Source: Verrucomicrobiia bacterium (lineage in GTDB: Bacteria; Verrucomicrobiota; Verrucomicrobiia; Palsa-1439). From it: 64,000 nucleotides of DNA. The stretch lies in assembly GCA_035577545.1 (NCBI GenBank), contig DATLVI010000013.1, positions 67,778 through 131,777 on the forward strand. The letters run 5' to 3'. The translations under genes and the position numbers were made by a program. The first letter of the stretch is position 1, and the number at the start of each line of letters is the position of its first letter. The notes below the pieces were generated by a model. It ran no database searches. It was not told the DNA's origin and saw only the letters and a program-made list of their open reading frames with translations. Shown here piece after piece: positions 54,701-63,787 of this stretch.

Positions 54701-57131
54701 CCGCACCCATCGGCACTGAACTTGGCACGAACCCGCCTGGCTCGATGGGCAATCCTCCGGGCCCAAGCACGATGAAACTGCTGACATTACCGGCCAATCG
54801 CACTCCGCAATCGGGACGCAACAAGGATTCCGCGTCCAGAAGATCCGCCGGCAAGGCCACGAGGCTTCCGCTTAGATCCACATTCGGGGCGGTAACGACC
54901 ACAGTGCCGGGAATCCCGGACGGCGTCGATACGTCAAACGGACTTTCGGAGGCGAAGAAGAAGTCAGAGTTGACCGTGACCTTGCCCCCATTGCCCTGGA
55001 CATCCACCTTGGCGGTAATTGGGCTCTCATTCAATATTACGAAGGTCGGATCGAACGTGATATTCCCACCATTACCCTGATGCGCGTTGGCGCTGAGGGG
55101 ACTGTGTAACAAATAGATGCGGCGTCCAGCCGTCAATTCGATGTTGCCGCCATTCAGCGCGGCTTCGGCAGTGATCTGGCTGTGCTTGAGTTGAATGTCC
55201 CTGCCGGCCATCACGGAGATATCGCCGCCGTCGTTGTTCGCCGCCGAAACCTGCAGCGCACTGTGATCGGTCATTGTCAACGAGCCGTCCACCTGCAATG
55301 AGACTCCACCGGCCGCTCCGTCTGCCTCGCCGGCCGCTTTTATTGTGGAACTGCCCGCCAGCGTCACGTTCCCGGCTTGAATCTCGACGTTGCCGCTCGG
55401 ACCGGCGCCGGAGCTGTCGGTAAAAATCGAGCTCATGTTCCGCAGTTCGAGCATGCCGGCGGAGATGTGAATGTCACCGCCGGGCGCTGGCGCGTCGGAG
55501 CTGGTGGTGACTGCCTGGATGAACGATGAGTCGAGTAGAATGGAGTTGGCCGTGATTTCGACACTGCCACCCTTCCCAGAACCAAAAGTGGCCGCCGCTA
55601 CAGTCCCAAAAGCGGACATGTTGACAGACTTGGCGGTGATGCCGATGAAACCCGCATCCCCAGAGCCAAACGTGGCCGCGAGGAGCGTGGCACCGTTAAG
55701 TATTTCGAGAGAATCCGTCTGGATAATTATATCGCCGGCGTTACCGCCGCCATTGATCTGCTGACTGTTCGCAGTGATCTGCGTGGGCGTGGTGAGCATC
55801 GCGTCAAGTCGCACGGACGAAGCCGTGATGTCGATGCGCCCGGCATTTCCGGCGCCGAAGGTAGCGGAAGAGATTTGGGCACTGTTTACCAATTCGAGGC
55901 TGCCGGCTTGAATCGTGATGTCGCCGCCCTTGCCAGCACCACCGCCAAGAAGTGGATCCCCGGTTGCGGCGGAGATTTGCGTCGTCGGGTTAAAATTATT
56001 GTCCGTCAAGCCGCCGCCATCCAACCGGATCGAGCCGGCCGTGATGCTGATATTTCCGCCCGCGCCAAGGCCCATGGTCGACAGGCTGTCGATTTGGCCA
56101 CCATTGACGAGATTCAAATCGTTGACAACGGAGATGTCGATTCCCTGACCGTCGCCCGCGCCGGTGGTATTGGCCTGGATAAAGGAACCGTCCACCATCA
56201 GGCCACCGCCGCGGATGACAATCCGGCCGCCACCGTCACCATTCGCGTCGAGTTGCGCACCGTTTAGCAAACTGATCTGGCCTTGTTGCGGAAACGCCGC
56301 GTTGAATGCCGCGACGCTCAGTGTCGTCGGATCCACAGGCACTTCCCCGGCGGATTGGACGCTGACCATGTTGATTTGCCCGGCAGGCGCCTGCACCAAA
56401 CCGCCATCGACGGAAATGTCACCGCCGACGAGCGAGATTGATTTGCCGGCTGGCACAGCAAGGACACCCTGCTGCACCGCAATACTGCCGGGACTTCCTC
56501 CGAGAAATCCAAAAGCGCTAACCGGAGCCGAACTCAAAAGGGAATCGTCCGCACCCACCGCGGCCACGAATCGCGCACCATCGGCTAATTTCAGATAATC
56601 GGCGGTGCTGGCGGCGAAGGAACCGCTGACGTCGATCCTGGCGTTGGGACCGAAGATGATGCCCTTGGGATTGATAAAGAAAACGTTGGCTCCTGAGATC
56701 GTGGAGCGGATTAGTCCATCAATCGAAGAGGGACTGCCACCGGTGACTCGGGATAAAATGTTCTGGATCGTGTTCGGGCCAGAAAAGGTCGCGATGTCCC
56801 CGCTGGACAAGTCAAACTGTGAGAAGCTGAAGAAAAGATTGTGCCCGACTGTTTTGCCGTCGCCGGAGGTGATGTTGAAAGCCGGCCCGGAGAGCGATTG
56901 GCCGGTTTGACCCAACGAGTGATCGAATGTGACCTGGCCGGCCTCAGACGAAAGTCCCCCCGAGCCTGCCATTAGACAGGCTATCGCAAAAGCGCGAATG
57001 GTCTTTGCCAATTCCAAGTCGCTATCGGACTTTTTCTCACACCCGGCAGTTCGGTCAGGGTTTGAGATCGATGTAAACGTAGTGCTGGCTGCCGTCAGAC
57101 AAAGTGGCAATGATCTTCCAAGTGCCCGCAC
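54687..57131 (-). CDS. TpsA exoprotein with N-terminal hemagglutination-activity (TPS) domain and beta-helix repeats
   Basis: 814 aa. TPS domain motifs NITSGDGKTVGHNLFFSFSQFDLSSGDIATFSGP and NILSRVTGGSPSSIDG, then G/N/T-rich beta-helical repeats. Lies immediately upstream of tpsB on the same strand, overlapping it by ~14 nt. Confidence 0.7.
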   Translation of the reverse strand: MRALGRSLPLCLTAASTTFTSISNPDRTAGCEKKSDSDLELAKTIRAFAIACLMAGSGGLSSEAGQVTFDHSLGQTGQSLSGPAFNITSGDGKTVGHNLFFSFSQFDLSSGDIATFSGPNTIQNILSRVTGGSPSSIDGLIRSTISGANVFFINPKGIIFGPNARIDVSGSFAASTADYLKLADGARFVAAVGADDSLLSSAPVSAFGFLGGSPGSIAVQQGVLAVPAGKSISLVGGDISVDGGLVQAPAGQINMVSVQSAGEVPVDPTTLSVAAFNAAFPQQGQISLLNGAQLDANGDGGGRIVIRGGGLMVDGSFIQANTTGAGDGQGIDISVVNDLNLVNGGQIDSLSTMGLGAGGNISITAGSIRLDGGGLTDNNFNPTTQISAATGDPLLGGGAGKGGDITIQAGSLELVNSAQISSATFGAGNAGRIDITASSVRLDAMLTTPTQITANSQQINGGGNAGDIIIQTDSLEILNGATLLAATFGSGDAGFIGITAKSVNMSAFGTVAAATFGSGKGGSVEITANSILLDSSFIQAVTTSSDAPAPGGDIHISAGMLELRNMSSIFTDSSGAGPSGNVEIQAGNVTLAGSSTIKAAGEADGAAGGVSLQVDGSLTMTDHSALQVSAANNDGGDISVMAGRDIQLKHSQITAEAALNGGNIELTAGRRIYLLHSPLSANAHQGNGGNITFDPTFVILNESPITAKVDVQGNGGKVTVNSDFFFASESPFDVSTPSGIPGTVVVTAPNVDLSGSLVALPADLLDAESLLRPDCGVRLAGNVSSFIVLGPGGLPIEPGGFVPSSVPMGADDGE

Positions 57132-58203
57132 TCAAACCTTTCGTGGCAAGGTTGAAATGCCACGTACCAGAACCATCCGGTTGGAACAGATTGCCAGTGG
57201 TGGCACCACCCGTAGGCGACGCGTCGACGGCTGATTCCCCGCCTACCGTGCCATCACACTTGGACAACTGAATCGTGTGACTGCCAGTCAGGACAGGCGA
57301 CCCATCGCAGTTCAGAAGAGTCATCTTAATCGGGATGGTACTGCCCAGCTTGAACCCTCGTACGGCCGAAGCGCAGGTGCCGCCAGTGACATCCCCGCCG
57401 CCGATGGGAGGCAGGAAACCAGTGAATGACAGCGGACACGGAAGCGAGACGGCAATTCCGTCCGTGACCATATAAACCAAATTGGGGTCATTGGTTGCGC
57501 AGAAACTGTAATTGATCACTTCATCAAAGTTCGTTGGGCATGGCCCCTCGCAGCATGTAGGGCATTCGGGGATGAAAACGTAGGCACGGACCGGGAAAGG
57601 AAAGTCTGTCGGCAATTGCACGGCACCGGGCAGGGAACCTACGTCTCCGGTGAAGTTCGTAGGAAGCGCAGCATCGAACTCATAGAATTTGATCTGTTGT
57701 GCCGCTCCGGCGTCGGATCCCGACCAGTGCCAGGAGAATGAATATAGGGCTTGGCCGTCGGAGCACCCATTGGTCTCGATGGTAGACGAAAGGACTTCCA
57801 GAGTCGTGGATGACACCCGCGACGTCGCGGTCACGTAACCTGTCAATTCGCTGTTATCGGTCTTGTCACCATTGCTTGCCGTGGTGGTGGACTTCCAAAC
57901 GTAGCCCGGTTGCCCCAGGATGCGGGCCAGTGTTTTAGTGGACGCCCCGCTGGGAAGGGGGCCGCCAGCGACAAAACCCGGGGTGTTAGTCATGGCCGCA
58001 CTCGGGCTGGTCATGAGGGCTGTGGCTACCGTGTTAGATTTGAGCGTTGATGAGGTGACATTGACGGAAGCCTTTCCAAAGCCCGAGCCGTTCATCGAAC
58101 CCGTCCAGCCCGCCAGCGCCGATGGCCCATGGCCAATGACTACTCCAAGTGCTACCGCGCATCCGAACCGCATATAATGACCAATGCCCTGCTTCATATT
58201 CAT
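57055..58203 (-). CDS. Secreted Cys-rich hypothetical protein upstream of tpsA
   Basis: Start at MNMKQGIGHYMRFGCAVALGVVIGHGPSALA. Ser/Thr-rich N-terminal half. C-terminal half has CPTCCEGPCP and 10+ Cys. Confidence 0.4.
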   Translation of the reverse strand: MNMKQGIGHYMRFGCAVALGVVIGHGPSALAGWTGSMNGSGFGKASVNVTSSTLKSNTVATALMTSPSAAMTNTPGFVAGGPLPSGASTKTLARILGQPGYVWKSTTTASNGDKTDNSELTGYVTATSRVSSTTLEVLSSTIETNGCSDGQALYSFSWHWSGSDAGAAQQIKFYEFDAALPTNFTGDVGSLPGAVQLPTDFPFPVRAYVFIPECPTCCEGPCPTNFDEVINYSFCATNDPNLVYMVTDGIAVSLPCPLSFTGFLPPIGGGDVTGGTCASAVRGFKLGSTIPIKMTLLNCDGSPVLTGSHTIQLSKCDGTVGGESAVDASPTGGATTGNLFQPDGSGTWHFNLATKGLSAGTWKIIATLSDGSQHYVYIDLKP

Positions 58204-58671
58204 CGTTCTCCCTTTGCTACTCCCAAGGTAACCGGAACACACGTCCTACCGAATTCGTCACTCTGAGTTATACAACCCGCGACCCTTTTCTCACTTGGGT
58301 TTGGTGGATTTGGCGGCCCATCGCAGGTATACAGAAAACCAACCACCCTGTCAAGCTTGCAGGATAAGCCCTCCAGCAACAAGTGAAGTTTGACAGAGCT
58401 TCCTTCGTGTCCCGTTCTGCAGCGTAGCAGTAAGCTTACAGGCGTCTGCGGTCAGACCGGTGTGATTGGGTTGTTCTGCTGTTACATGAGCAGGATGTCC
58501 AAAACACGAGAGATCATGCCGGCTGTGTAGTGATCGGGTTGGTTTAGCTGAGCAGGCTTCTGCATAACTGCTTTCAGAGGCGCGAAGGTGGACGATGGTC
58601 CGCGATTACGGCACGCTTGGCAGGTGTGCCACGGCGTGGTAGAAGTTCAGCTTCAATCGCCGTCGCCCGGT

Positions 58672-59454
58672 ATGCGTGATTCCGTCACATTTCTCGGTAC
58701 ATCAGATGGTTTGCCGTCTCCCGGCCGGCATCATGCGTCCTTGCTGCTAGAATTTGCCGCGCGGACCATCCTCCTGGACTGTGGCGAACCATGCAGCCAT
58801 ACTCTCAAGAGGATGGGGAAGGATTTCAGCGCCATTGACATGGTCGTCATCAGCCACACCCACGCGGACCACATCGGTGGCTTCCTAATGCTCATGCAGT
58901 CCATGTCGCTGGAAGGGCGACGACGGCCGCTGACCGTTTGGATGCCCGGGCATGCGATACGATTGATGCGGGAGTGCTTGGATGCTTGTTACCTGTTTGA
59001 ACCACAGCTGGGTTTTTCGGTGAAATGGATCGCGTTTGATAAACATTCGGCGATGCGATGCGGGCCGATACAACTGCGTGCGTTTCGGACCACGCACCTC
59101 GATAATCTGCGCAAACAGTACGGCGTGCCGCGTCCGGCAGTACAGTTCGACGCGTTTTCCCTGCTGGCGACAGGAGGCGGCAAGCGGCTGGCATACTCGG
59201 GCGATATGGGTATGCCCGAGGATTTGCGGCCACTGTGCACGAAATCTCTCGACTTACTGGTGGTCGAGTTGGCACACTTTCAACCGAGGGAGCTGGTTGA
59301 ATTCCTGCAACCGAAGGATGTGCGGCGCGTAGCAATTACGCACATTGGGCGACCAGCGTGGGCACGACTCGCCGAGGTCAAGGCCCTGGCGGGGAACGTA
59401 TTGGGTCCACGAAAAACGCTGTTTGCGATGGATGGAGACGTCGTAAAATTCTAA
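58672..59454 (+). CDS. MBL-fold metallo-hydrolase (HxHxDH; RNase Z / class II cNMP phosphodiesterase-like)
   Basis: Start at the internal Met MRDSVTFLGTSDG... Motif VISHTHADHIGG. Confidence 0.55.
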   Translation: MRDSVTFLGTSDGLPSPGRHHASLLLEFAARTILLDCGEPCSHTLKRMGKDFSAIDMVVISHTHADHIGGFLMLMQSMSLEGRRRPLTVWMPGHAIRLMRECLDACYLFEPQLGFSVKWIAFDKHSAMRCGPIQLRAFRTTHLDNLRKQYGVPRPAVQFDAFSLLATGGGKRLAYSGDMGMPEDLRPLCTKSLDLLVVELAHFQPRELVEFLQPKDVRRVAITHIGRPAWARLAEVKALAGNVLGPRKTLFAMDGDVVKF

Positions 59455-59471
59455 TTTGGAGGAGGCGAGAC

Positions 59472-59978
59472 ATGGCTGCCAACCTGGTTCCTGATAGCGG
59501 GGCGCAATTCACATCGAGCGAATTGCGTCGCATCAAGCTTTTTGCGGACATGACAGATGAGGACATTTCCATTCTTAACGCAGTTATTGAGCCGGTCACC
59601 TGTCGCCCCAACCAGATCATCGTGAGCGCTGGTGATGTCGGTGACTGCATGTTTCTGGTCATGCAAGGTGAATTCCGTGTTAGCCTTGTTTCACAGGGGC
59701 GGGAAGCATTACTGGCCAAGCTTGAGACGGGCGATTTCTTCGGCGAACTGTGCCTGCTCGACGAGAACAATCGGTCGGCGGACGTGGTGGCGACGGTGCC
59801 GGGACGGCTGTTGCGGTTTTCGCGCGCGGCGTTTCAGCAGTTGGTGGAGACACGCCCGCAGGTGGCGGCGCGTTTGATGATGGGAATCTTGCGGACGGTC
59901 GGTAGCCGCTTGCGGAAGATGGACAAGCAACACTCGGACTCGATGTTGCTCAGTCGCTCGTGGAAAACGATCCGTTGA
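59472..59978 (+). CDS. Standalone cyclic-nucleotide-binding (CAP effector-type) domain protein
   Basis: Start at MAANLV with RBS GGAGGAGG upstream. CNB signature GDFFGELCLL..RSADVVA. No obvious DNA-binding HTH follows. Confidence 0.6.
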   Translation: MAANLVPDSGAQFTSSELRRIKLFADMTDEDISILNAVIEPVTCRPNQIIVSAGDVGDCMFLVMQGEFRVSLVSQGREALLAKLETGDFFGELCLLDENNRSADVVATVPGRLLRFSRAAFQQLVETRPQVAARLMMGILRTVGSRLRKMDKQHSDSMLLSRSWKTIR

Positions 59979-60271
59979 GCGGTGGTTGGCCACACCCCGT
60001 CGCAGTTGCCGCACTACGTCCAAGTCCCTGCAACCGAACACAGCAGACGGCTTGATTACCGTTCCCGCCCCCGTCGTTCCACGCCACAACCTGCACGCCG
60101 AGTGGGCCACTGCGCGGCGCCCAGGCTGCCAAGGTTCGGCCGCCTTGTCCAATACGCCGCACGAACCCGCACGGACCCTAGCTTGTTCCTAAATGTCAAA
60201 AAATCCAGGGGACTTCCAGGCATAGGTCCCTAGGTTTGCGAGCGACCAAGACACTGTCAACTTAGTCAACA

Positions 60272-60285
60272 TTTGTGTACACAAA
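60272..60285. promoter_or_regulatory. Perfect 14-bp palindrome TTTGTGTACACAAA flanked by direct repeats ACTTAGTCA (60260..60268 and 60290..60298); candidate enhancer/operator
   Basis: Seen directly in a lower-GC intergenic region, ~135 bp upstream of a sigma-54-like -24/-12 element. Confidence 0.3.
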
Positions 60286-60417
60286 GTGTACTTAGTCACG
60301 GCTGTTACGGCCGGGGATCTTGGACGGTAATCCCGATTTCTGAAATCGATGTATCATATTGTATATGAATTATTTGCGATATAACTATTTGTGCTGGATT
60401 GCTTGGTAAAATCGGGT

Positions 60418-60433
60418 GTGGCATGGCCTCTGC
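60418..60433 (+). promoter_or_regulatory. Candidate sigma-54 promoter (TGGCAT-N5-CTGCG; GG-N10-GC spacing)
   Basis: Matches the TGGCAC-N5-TTGC consensus at 5/6 and 3/4 positions with exact spacing. About 60 nt upstream of the NHL gene ATG. A sigma-54 activator gene lies 1.1 kb downstream. Confidence 0.3.
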
Positions 60434-60492
60434 GATAGGACTCCTCAGTCATGAAAGTGAAACCCGGCGCCAATCGAAAAGAGGAGGAGCAA

Positions 60493-61599
60493 ATGACACA
60501 GGTAAAGTCCATCGAGCAAAACCAGGAACAAACGATCAACCGTCCGCAGGTGACCACGCTCCGGGCGCTGGCCGTGTGTCTGGCCATTTCGGTTGCCGCA
60601 GCGGCCACGAGCAAAGCTATGAACCTGAAGTCGGGCGACATTGTCATGGCGGATTCTTCGTCCGCCGTCCTGCGAGTCGACCCCAAAACGGGAGCGGCCA
60701 CGGTCATTTCCTCAGGCGGAAATCTTGTGCGCCCCTTCGGAGTCGTCGTTGAGGCGGACAGTAATATCCTCGTGGCCGACTCCGGCGCTCTGGCGATCAT
60801 CCGCATTGATTCGCAGACCGGTTCGAATCGCGTCGTTTCCTCAGGAGGCGTTCTCGGAACGCCTTACGGGATTACTCTTGATCATCAGGGAAACATCCTC
60901 GTCGCGAATGCCCAGGCCGTTGTCCGGGTCGATCCTCAGAGCGGCGCGCAAACCGTGGTGTCCGCAAACGGGATGTTCCGAGCACCGGTCGGCGTCGCGG
61001 TTGCTGGCGATGGCGGCATTTTCGTGGCGGACATGACCGGGACCATCGTCCGCGTCGACCCGGCGAGCGGAACGCAAACCAATATCAGCGCAGGGACATA
61101 CCTGGTAAATCCAGTGGGGATCACGATTGACGACGACGGCAGTCTCCTTGTAGCCGACGAAGGTTCCCACGCTCTCGTCCGCCTGGATGCCGCCAGCGGA
61201 GCACAACAAGTGGTCTCCGTCGGAAATGATCTGGTAACGCCGGTCAGCGTCGTAATCGGGGCCCAGCACGACGTCCTCGTGGGCGACCCGGATGCATTCA
61301 GCTTGAATGGAGCCGTGATTCAGATTGACCCCGCGTCGGACACCCAGACCAACGTATACATGGGCAGCGGGGAATTGGTCAACCCCCGCGGCATCGCGCT
61401 GGTGCCAACGGTCCGTGGCCGGATCGACCAACTCTGCCCCTGCCAGGGACCCTCTTCCGGCACGATGTGGAAGAATCACGGAAAGTACGTCGGCGCCGTG
61501 TCCAAAGTAGCCCGCCAGTTTGTGAAGTCGGGATCGATCACGAAGGACGAGCAGCGCACCATCATCCACGAAGCCCTGTTGTCCCAATGCGGCCGATAA
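60493..61599 (+). CDS. Secreted six-bladed beta-propeller (NHL/YVTN-like repeat) protein
   Basis: Start at MTQVKS with RBS GAGGAGG. Signal/TM LRALAVCLAISVAAAA. Six ~43-aa repeats of the form V.RVDP.SG....V.S.G.L..P.GV. Confidence 0.55.
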   Translation: MTQVKSIEQNQEQTINRPQVTTLRALAVCLAISVAAAATSKAMNLKSGDIVMADSSSAVLRVDPKTGAATVISSGGNLVRPFGVVVEADSNILVADSGALAIIRIDSQTGSNRVVSSGGVLGTPYGITLDHQGNILVANAQAVVRVDPQSGAQTVVSANGMFRAPVGVAVAGDGGIFVADMTGTIVRVDPASGTQTNISAGTYLVNPVGITIDDDGSLLVADEGSHALVRLDAASGAQQVVSVGNDLVTPVSVVIGAQHDVLVGDPDAFSLNGAVIQIDPASDTQTNVYMGSGELVNPRGIALVPTVRGRIDQLCPCQGPSSGTMWKNHGKYVGAVSKVARQFVKSGSITKDEQRTIIHEALLSQCGR

Positions 61600-61691
61600 G
61601 GGAAACGTCCACGGAAGCGCGACGGAAGGAACGCAAAGGTCTCAATCAGCCGACAGACGAACGACAACCAGCGCGCAAAGGTCCAGCGAAC

Positions 61692-63224
61692 TCAAGTCAC
61701 GCCGTAGCGCTTCATCTTTTTGATCAGCCCCTGGCGGCTGAGCCCGAGGGCGCGAGCCGCCTGCTGTTGATTGTGATGACTGGCATTCAATGCTTCCCGG
61801 ATCAAACGCGTCTCGAGTTGCGCCACGATTTCCTTAAGCGACCGGCCGGAACTGTCCCGGATGATTCCGCCGGCGGTGCCGCTGGTTCGGACCGCTTCGG
61901 ACATGTCATCCTCCGTGATGGTAGAGCGGCGAGTGGCTATCACGGCCCGCTTGATTTCATTCTGTAATTCTCGAATATTCCCGGGCCAGGGATGGCTCCT
62001 CAGGCACCGAGACGCACCCGGGGACAGCTTCATGGGTTCCTTCCTTATTTCGCGACAAAATCTCGAAAGAAAGTAATTCGCCAGCAGGGTAATATCTTCC
62101 GGTATCTCCCGCAGAGGGGGTAGATGAATGTGGATGACATTGAGCCGATAATACAGATCTTCGCGAAACGCGCGTTGTTTTATCTCAACCCCGAGGTCCT
62201 TGTTGGTTGCGGCGAGCACACGGGCATCAACGGGGATCGGTTTCTTGCCTCCGACACGCTCGACTATTTTTTCCTGTAACACCCGCAATATCTTGGCTTG
62301 CGCCACCAAATTTAGATCGCCGATTTCGTCCAGCAACAATGTCCCGCCGTTGGCTGCCTCAAACTTTCCAATGCGTGCCTCGACGCCCGTGGCCACCCCT
62401 TTCTCAATCCCAAACAACTCACTTTCCACCAAGCTGTCCGGCAGCGCGGCGCAGTTCAGAGAAATCAACGGGCGGCGGGCGCGGGAGCTGTTCAGATGAA
62501 TCGCGCGGGCCACCATTTCCTTGCCGGTACCGCTTTCGCCGGTGATCAGGACGTTGACATCGATATCGCTGATCTGCTGGATCCGCCGTACAACCAGCTG
62601 GATGGGATCGCTGGTGCCGATTATCTGTTGCGTGGCGGATTGGCCTTCCATCTCTTTCCGCAAGTGCGATGTGTCTTCCCGCAATTGGTCCCGTTGTTCC
62701 TGCAGCTGCCTGACGAACTGCGCCGTTTCCAGCGCGTTGCCCGCTTGCGAAGCCAAAGTTTGCAGGAGAATTTCATCTTCGGTGGTAAATCCGCCCCTTT
62801 TCTTGTTCAGCGCCTGCACGGCGCCGATGATTTCTCCCTTGTCGTTGCGTAACGGCATGGCCAGGACGTTGCGCGTGCGATAGCCCGTGCGTGCATCGAC
62901 ACCCGGGTAAAAGCGTGGATCACGGCGGGCGTCATCCACGTTGATAGTTTGGCCTGAAAGGGCCGCAGCGCCCGCAAGACCCAGGCGGGCATCCAATCGA
63001 ATCCGCTTTTCACCGACCGCAGCCAGTGACCACAATTCGCTCTTCTCGCGATCCAGGAGAAAAATGCTTGCCCGGTCTGCTCCCAGGAGTTTGGTAGCCT
63101 CAGCGGCGATGAGATCAAAGAGGACTCCGAGATCATGTTGCGCGCCGATTTTGCGGCAACTCGCTAGAGCTTCTAGTAGTCGATCGGCAGGCGGGTTCTG
63201 CTCGACTGGAACGGGGGTAGACAT
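61692..63224 (-). CDS. Sigma-54-dependent transcriptional activator with N-terminal GAF domain and C-terminal Fis-type HTH
   Basis: 510 aa. GAF region, then an AAA+ sigma-54 interaction domain (ITGESGTGKE, ELFGIEKGVATGV, LLLDEIGDL) and a C-terminal HTH QAARALGLSRQGLIKKMKRYG. Confidence 0.8.
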   Translation of the reverse strand: MSTPVPVEQNPPADRLLEALASCRKIGAQHDLGVLFDLIAAEATKLLGADRASIFLLDREKSELWSLAAVGEKRIRLDARLGLAGAAALSGQTINVDDARRDPRFYPGVDARTGYRTRNVLAMPLRNDKGEIIGAVQALNKKRGGFTTEDEILLQTLASQAGNALETAQFVRQLQEQRDQLREDTSHLRKEMEGQSATQQIIGTSDPIQLVVRRIQQISDIDVNVLITGESGTGKEMVARAIHLNSSRARRPLISLNCAALPDSLVESELFGIEKGVATGVEARIGKFEAANGGTLLLDEIGDLNLVAQAKILRVLQEKIVERVGGKKPIPVDARVLAATNKDLGVEIKQRAFREDLYYRLNVIHIHLPPLREIPEDITLLANYFLSRFCREIRKEPMKLSPGASRCLRSHPWPGNIRELQNEIKRAVIATRRSTITEDDMSEAVRTSGTAGGIIRDSSGRSLKEIVAQLETRLIREALNASHHNQQQAARALGLSRQGLIKKMKRYGVT

Positions 63225-63360
63225 TACCTCGCGCAGGATACCAACTGGTTTCGTAGGTTGTCAACAATGTGGACAATGCGAAACATTGTTACGAATGCGA
63301 GTTTGGCCAAATCACCCGATCGGGGCCTTTGCCTTTACTCTGGCGATACATTTACAAAAT

Positions 63361-63390
63361 TGGTGGGAGTGACGGGGCTCGAACCCGCCA
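63361..63390 (-). other. tRNA-like 3-prime terminus (T arm GCGGG-TTCGAGC-CCCGT, 7-nt acceptor strand, A-CCA) without a recognisable 5-prime half
   Basis: The + strand reads TGGTGGGAGTGACGGGGCTCGAACCCGCC, the mirror of a tRNA 3-prime end. No matching GGGAGTG acceptor 5-prime strand or anticodon arm could be folded upstream. Confidence 0.2.
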
Positions 63391-63619
63391 CGAAACCAAT
63401 ACCGGCTTGATCGGAAACGAGGCGGTTACACAGACACCAGCCACACTGTCCGAACTTCAGGGAATTATCTTGGCTCTACTGTCAATCCCTCAGCCGAGTT
63501 GTCAAAACCAACCGCAGACCATTTTCACCATGATGCGCTCTCGGCCATCGATTCACCCGCTGGTAGTCCTCTGACTTCTCTATAATCGGGTTAGAATTCC
63601 GTAAGCACAACGGTCATCC

Positions 63620-63650
63620 ACATGAGCGGTGGGCCTTACACAAATAGGCG
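63620..63650. repeat. Second copy of the 31-nt element (CATGAGCGGTGGGCCTTACACAAATAGGCGC), 28/31 identical to 45413..45443
   Basis: Direct comparison. Followed by a GGTATAC-ATTTT-GGTATAC motif. Confidence 0.45.
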
Positions 63651-63787
63651 CAAATCTTGGAAAAATCTTACCGTCAGATACGCAGCGTTACCGGTTGTTG
63701 CTGGTGGTATACATTTTGGTATACCCGACGGCATAGTGGTAGGGGAGCGCCACGATATTCTTCAAGGCTGAAGGATGGTCTGACTCA

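Noticed and set aside
60841-61587. 248-aa minus ORF
   Set aside because: Antisense to the NHL propeller gene.
63240-63660. tmRNA (ssrA) or other structured RNA explaining the tRNA-like 3-prime end at 63361..63390
   Set aside because: No matching 5-prime acceptor strand (GGGAGTG) within 400 nt and no recognisable tag-peptide reading frame. It is left as an unexplained tRNA-like terminus.
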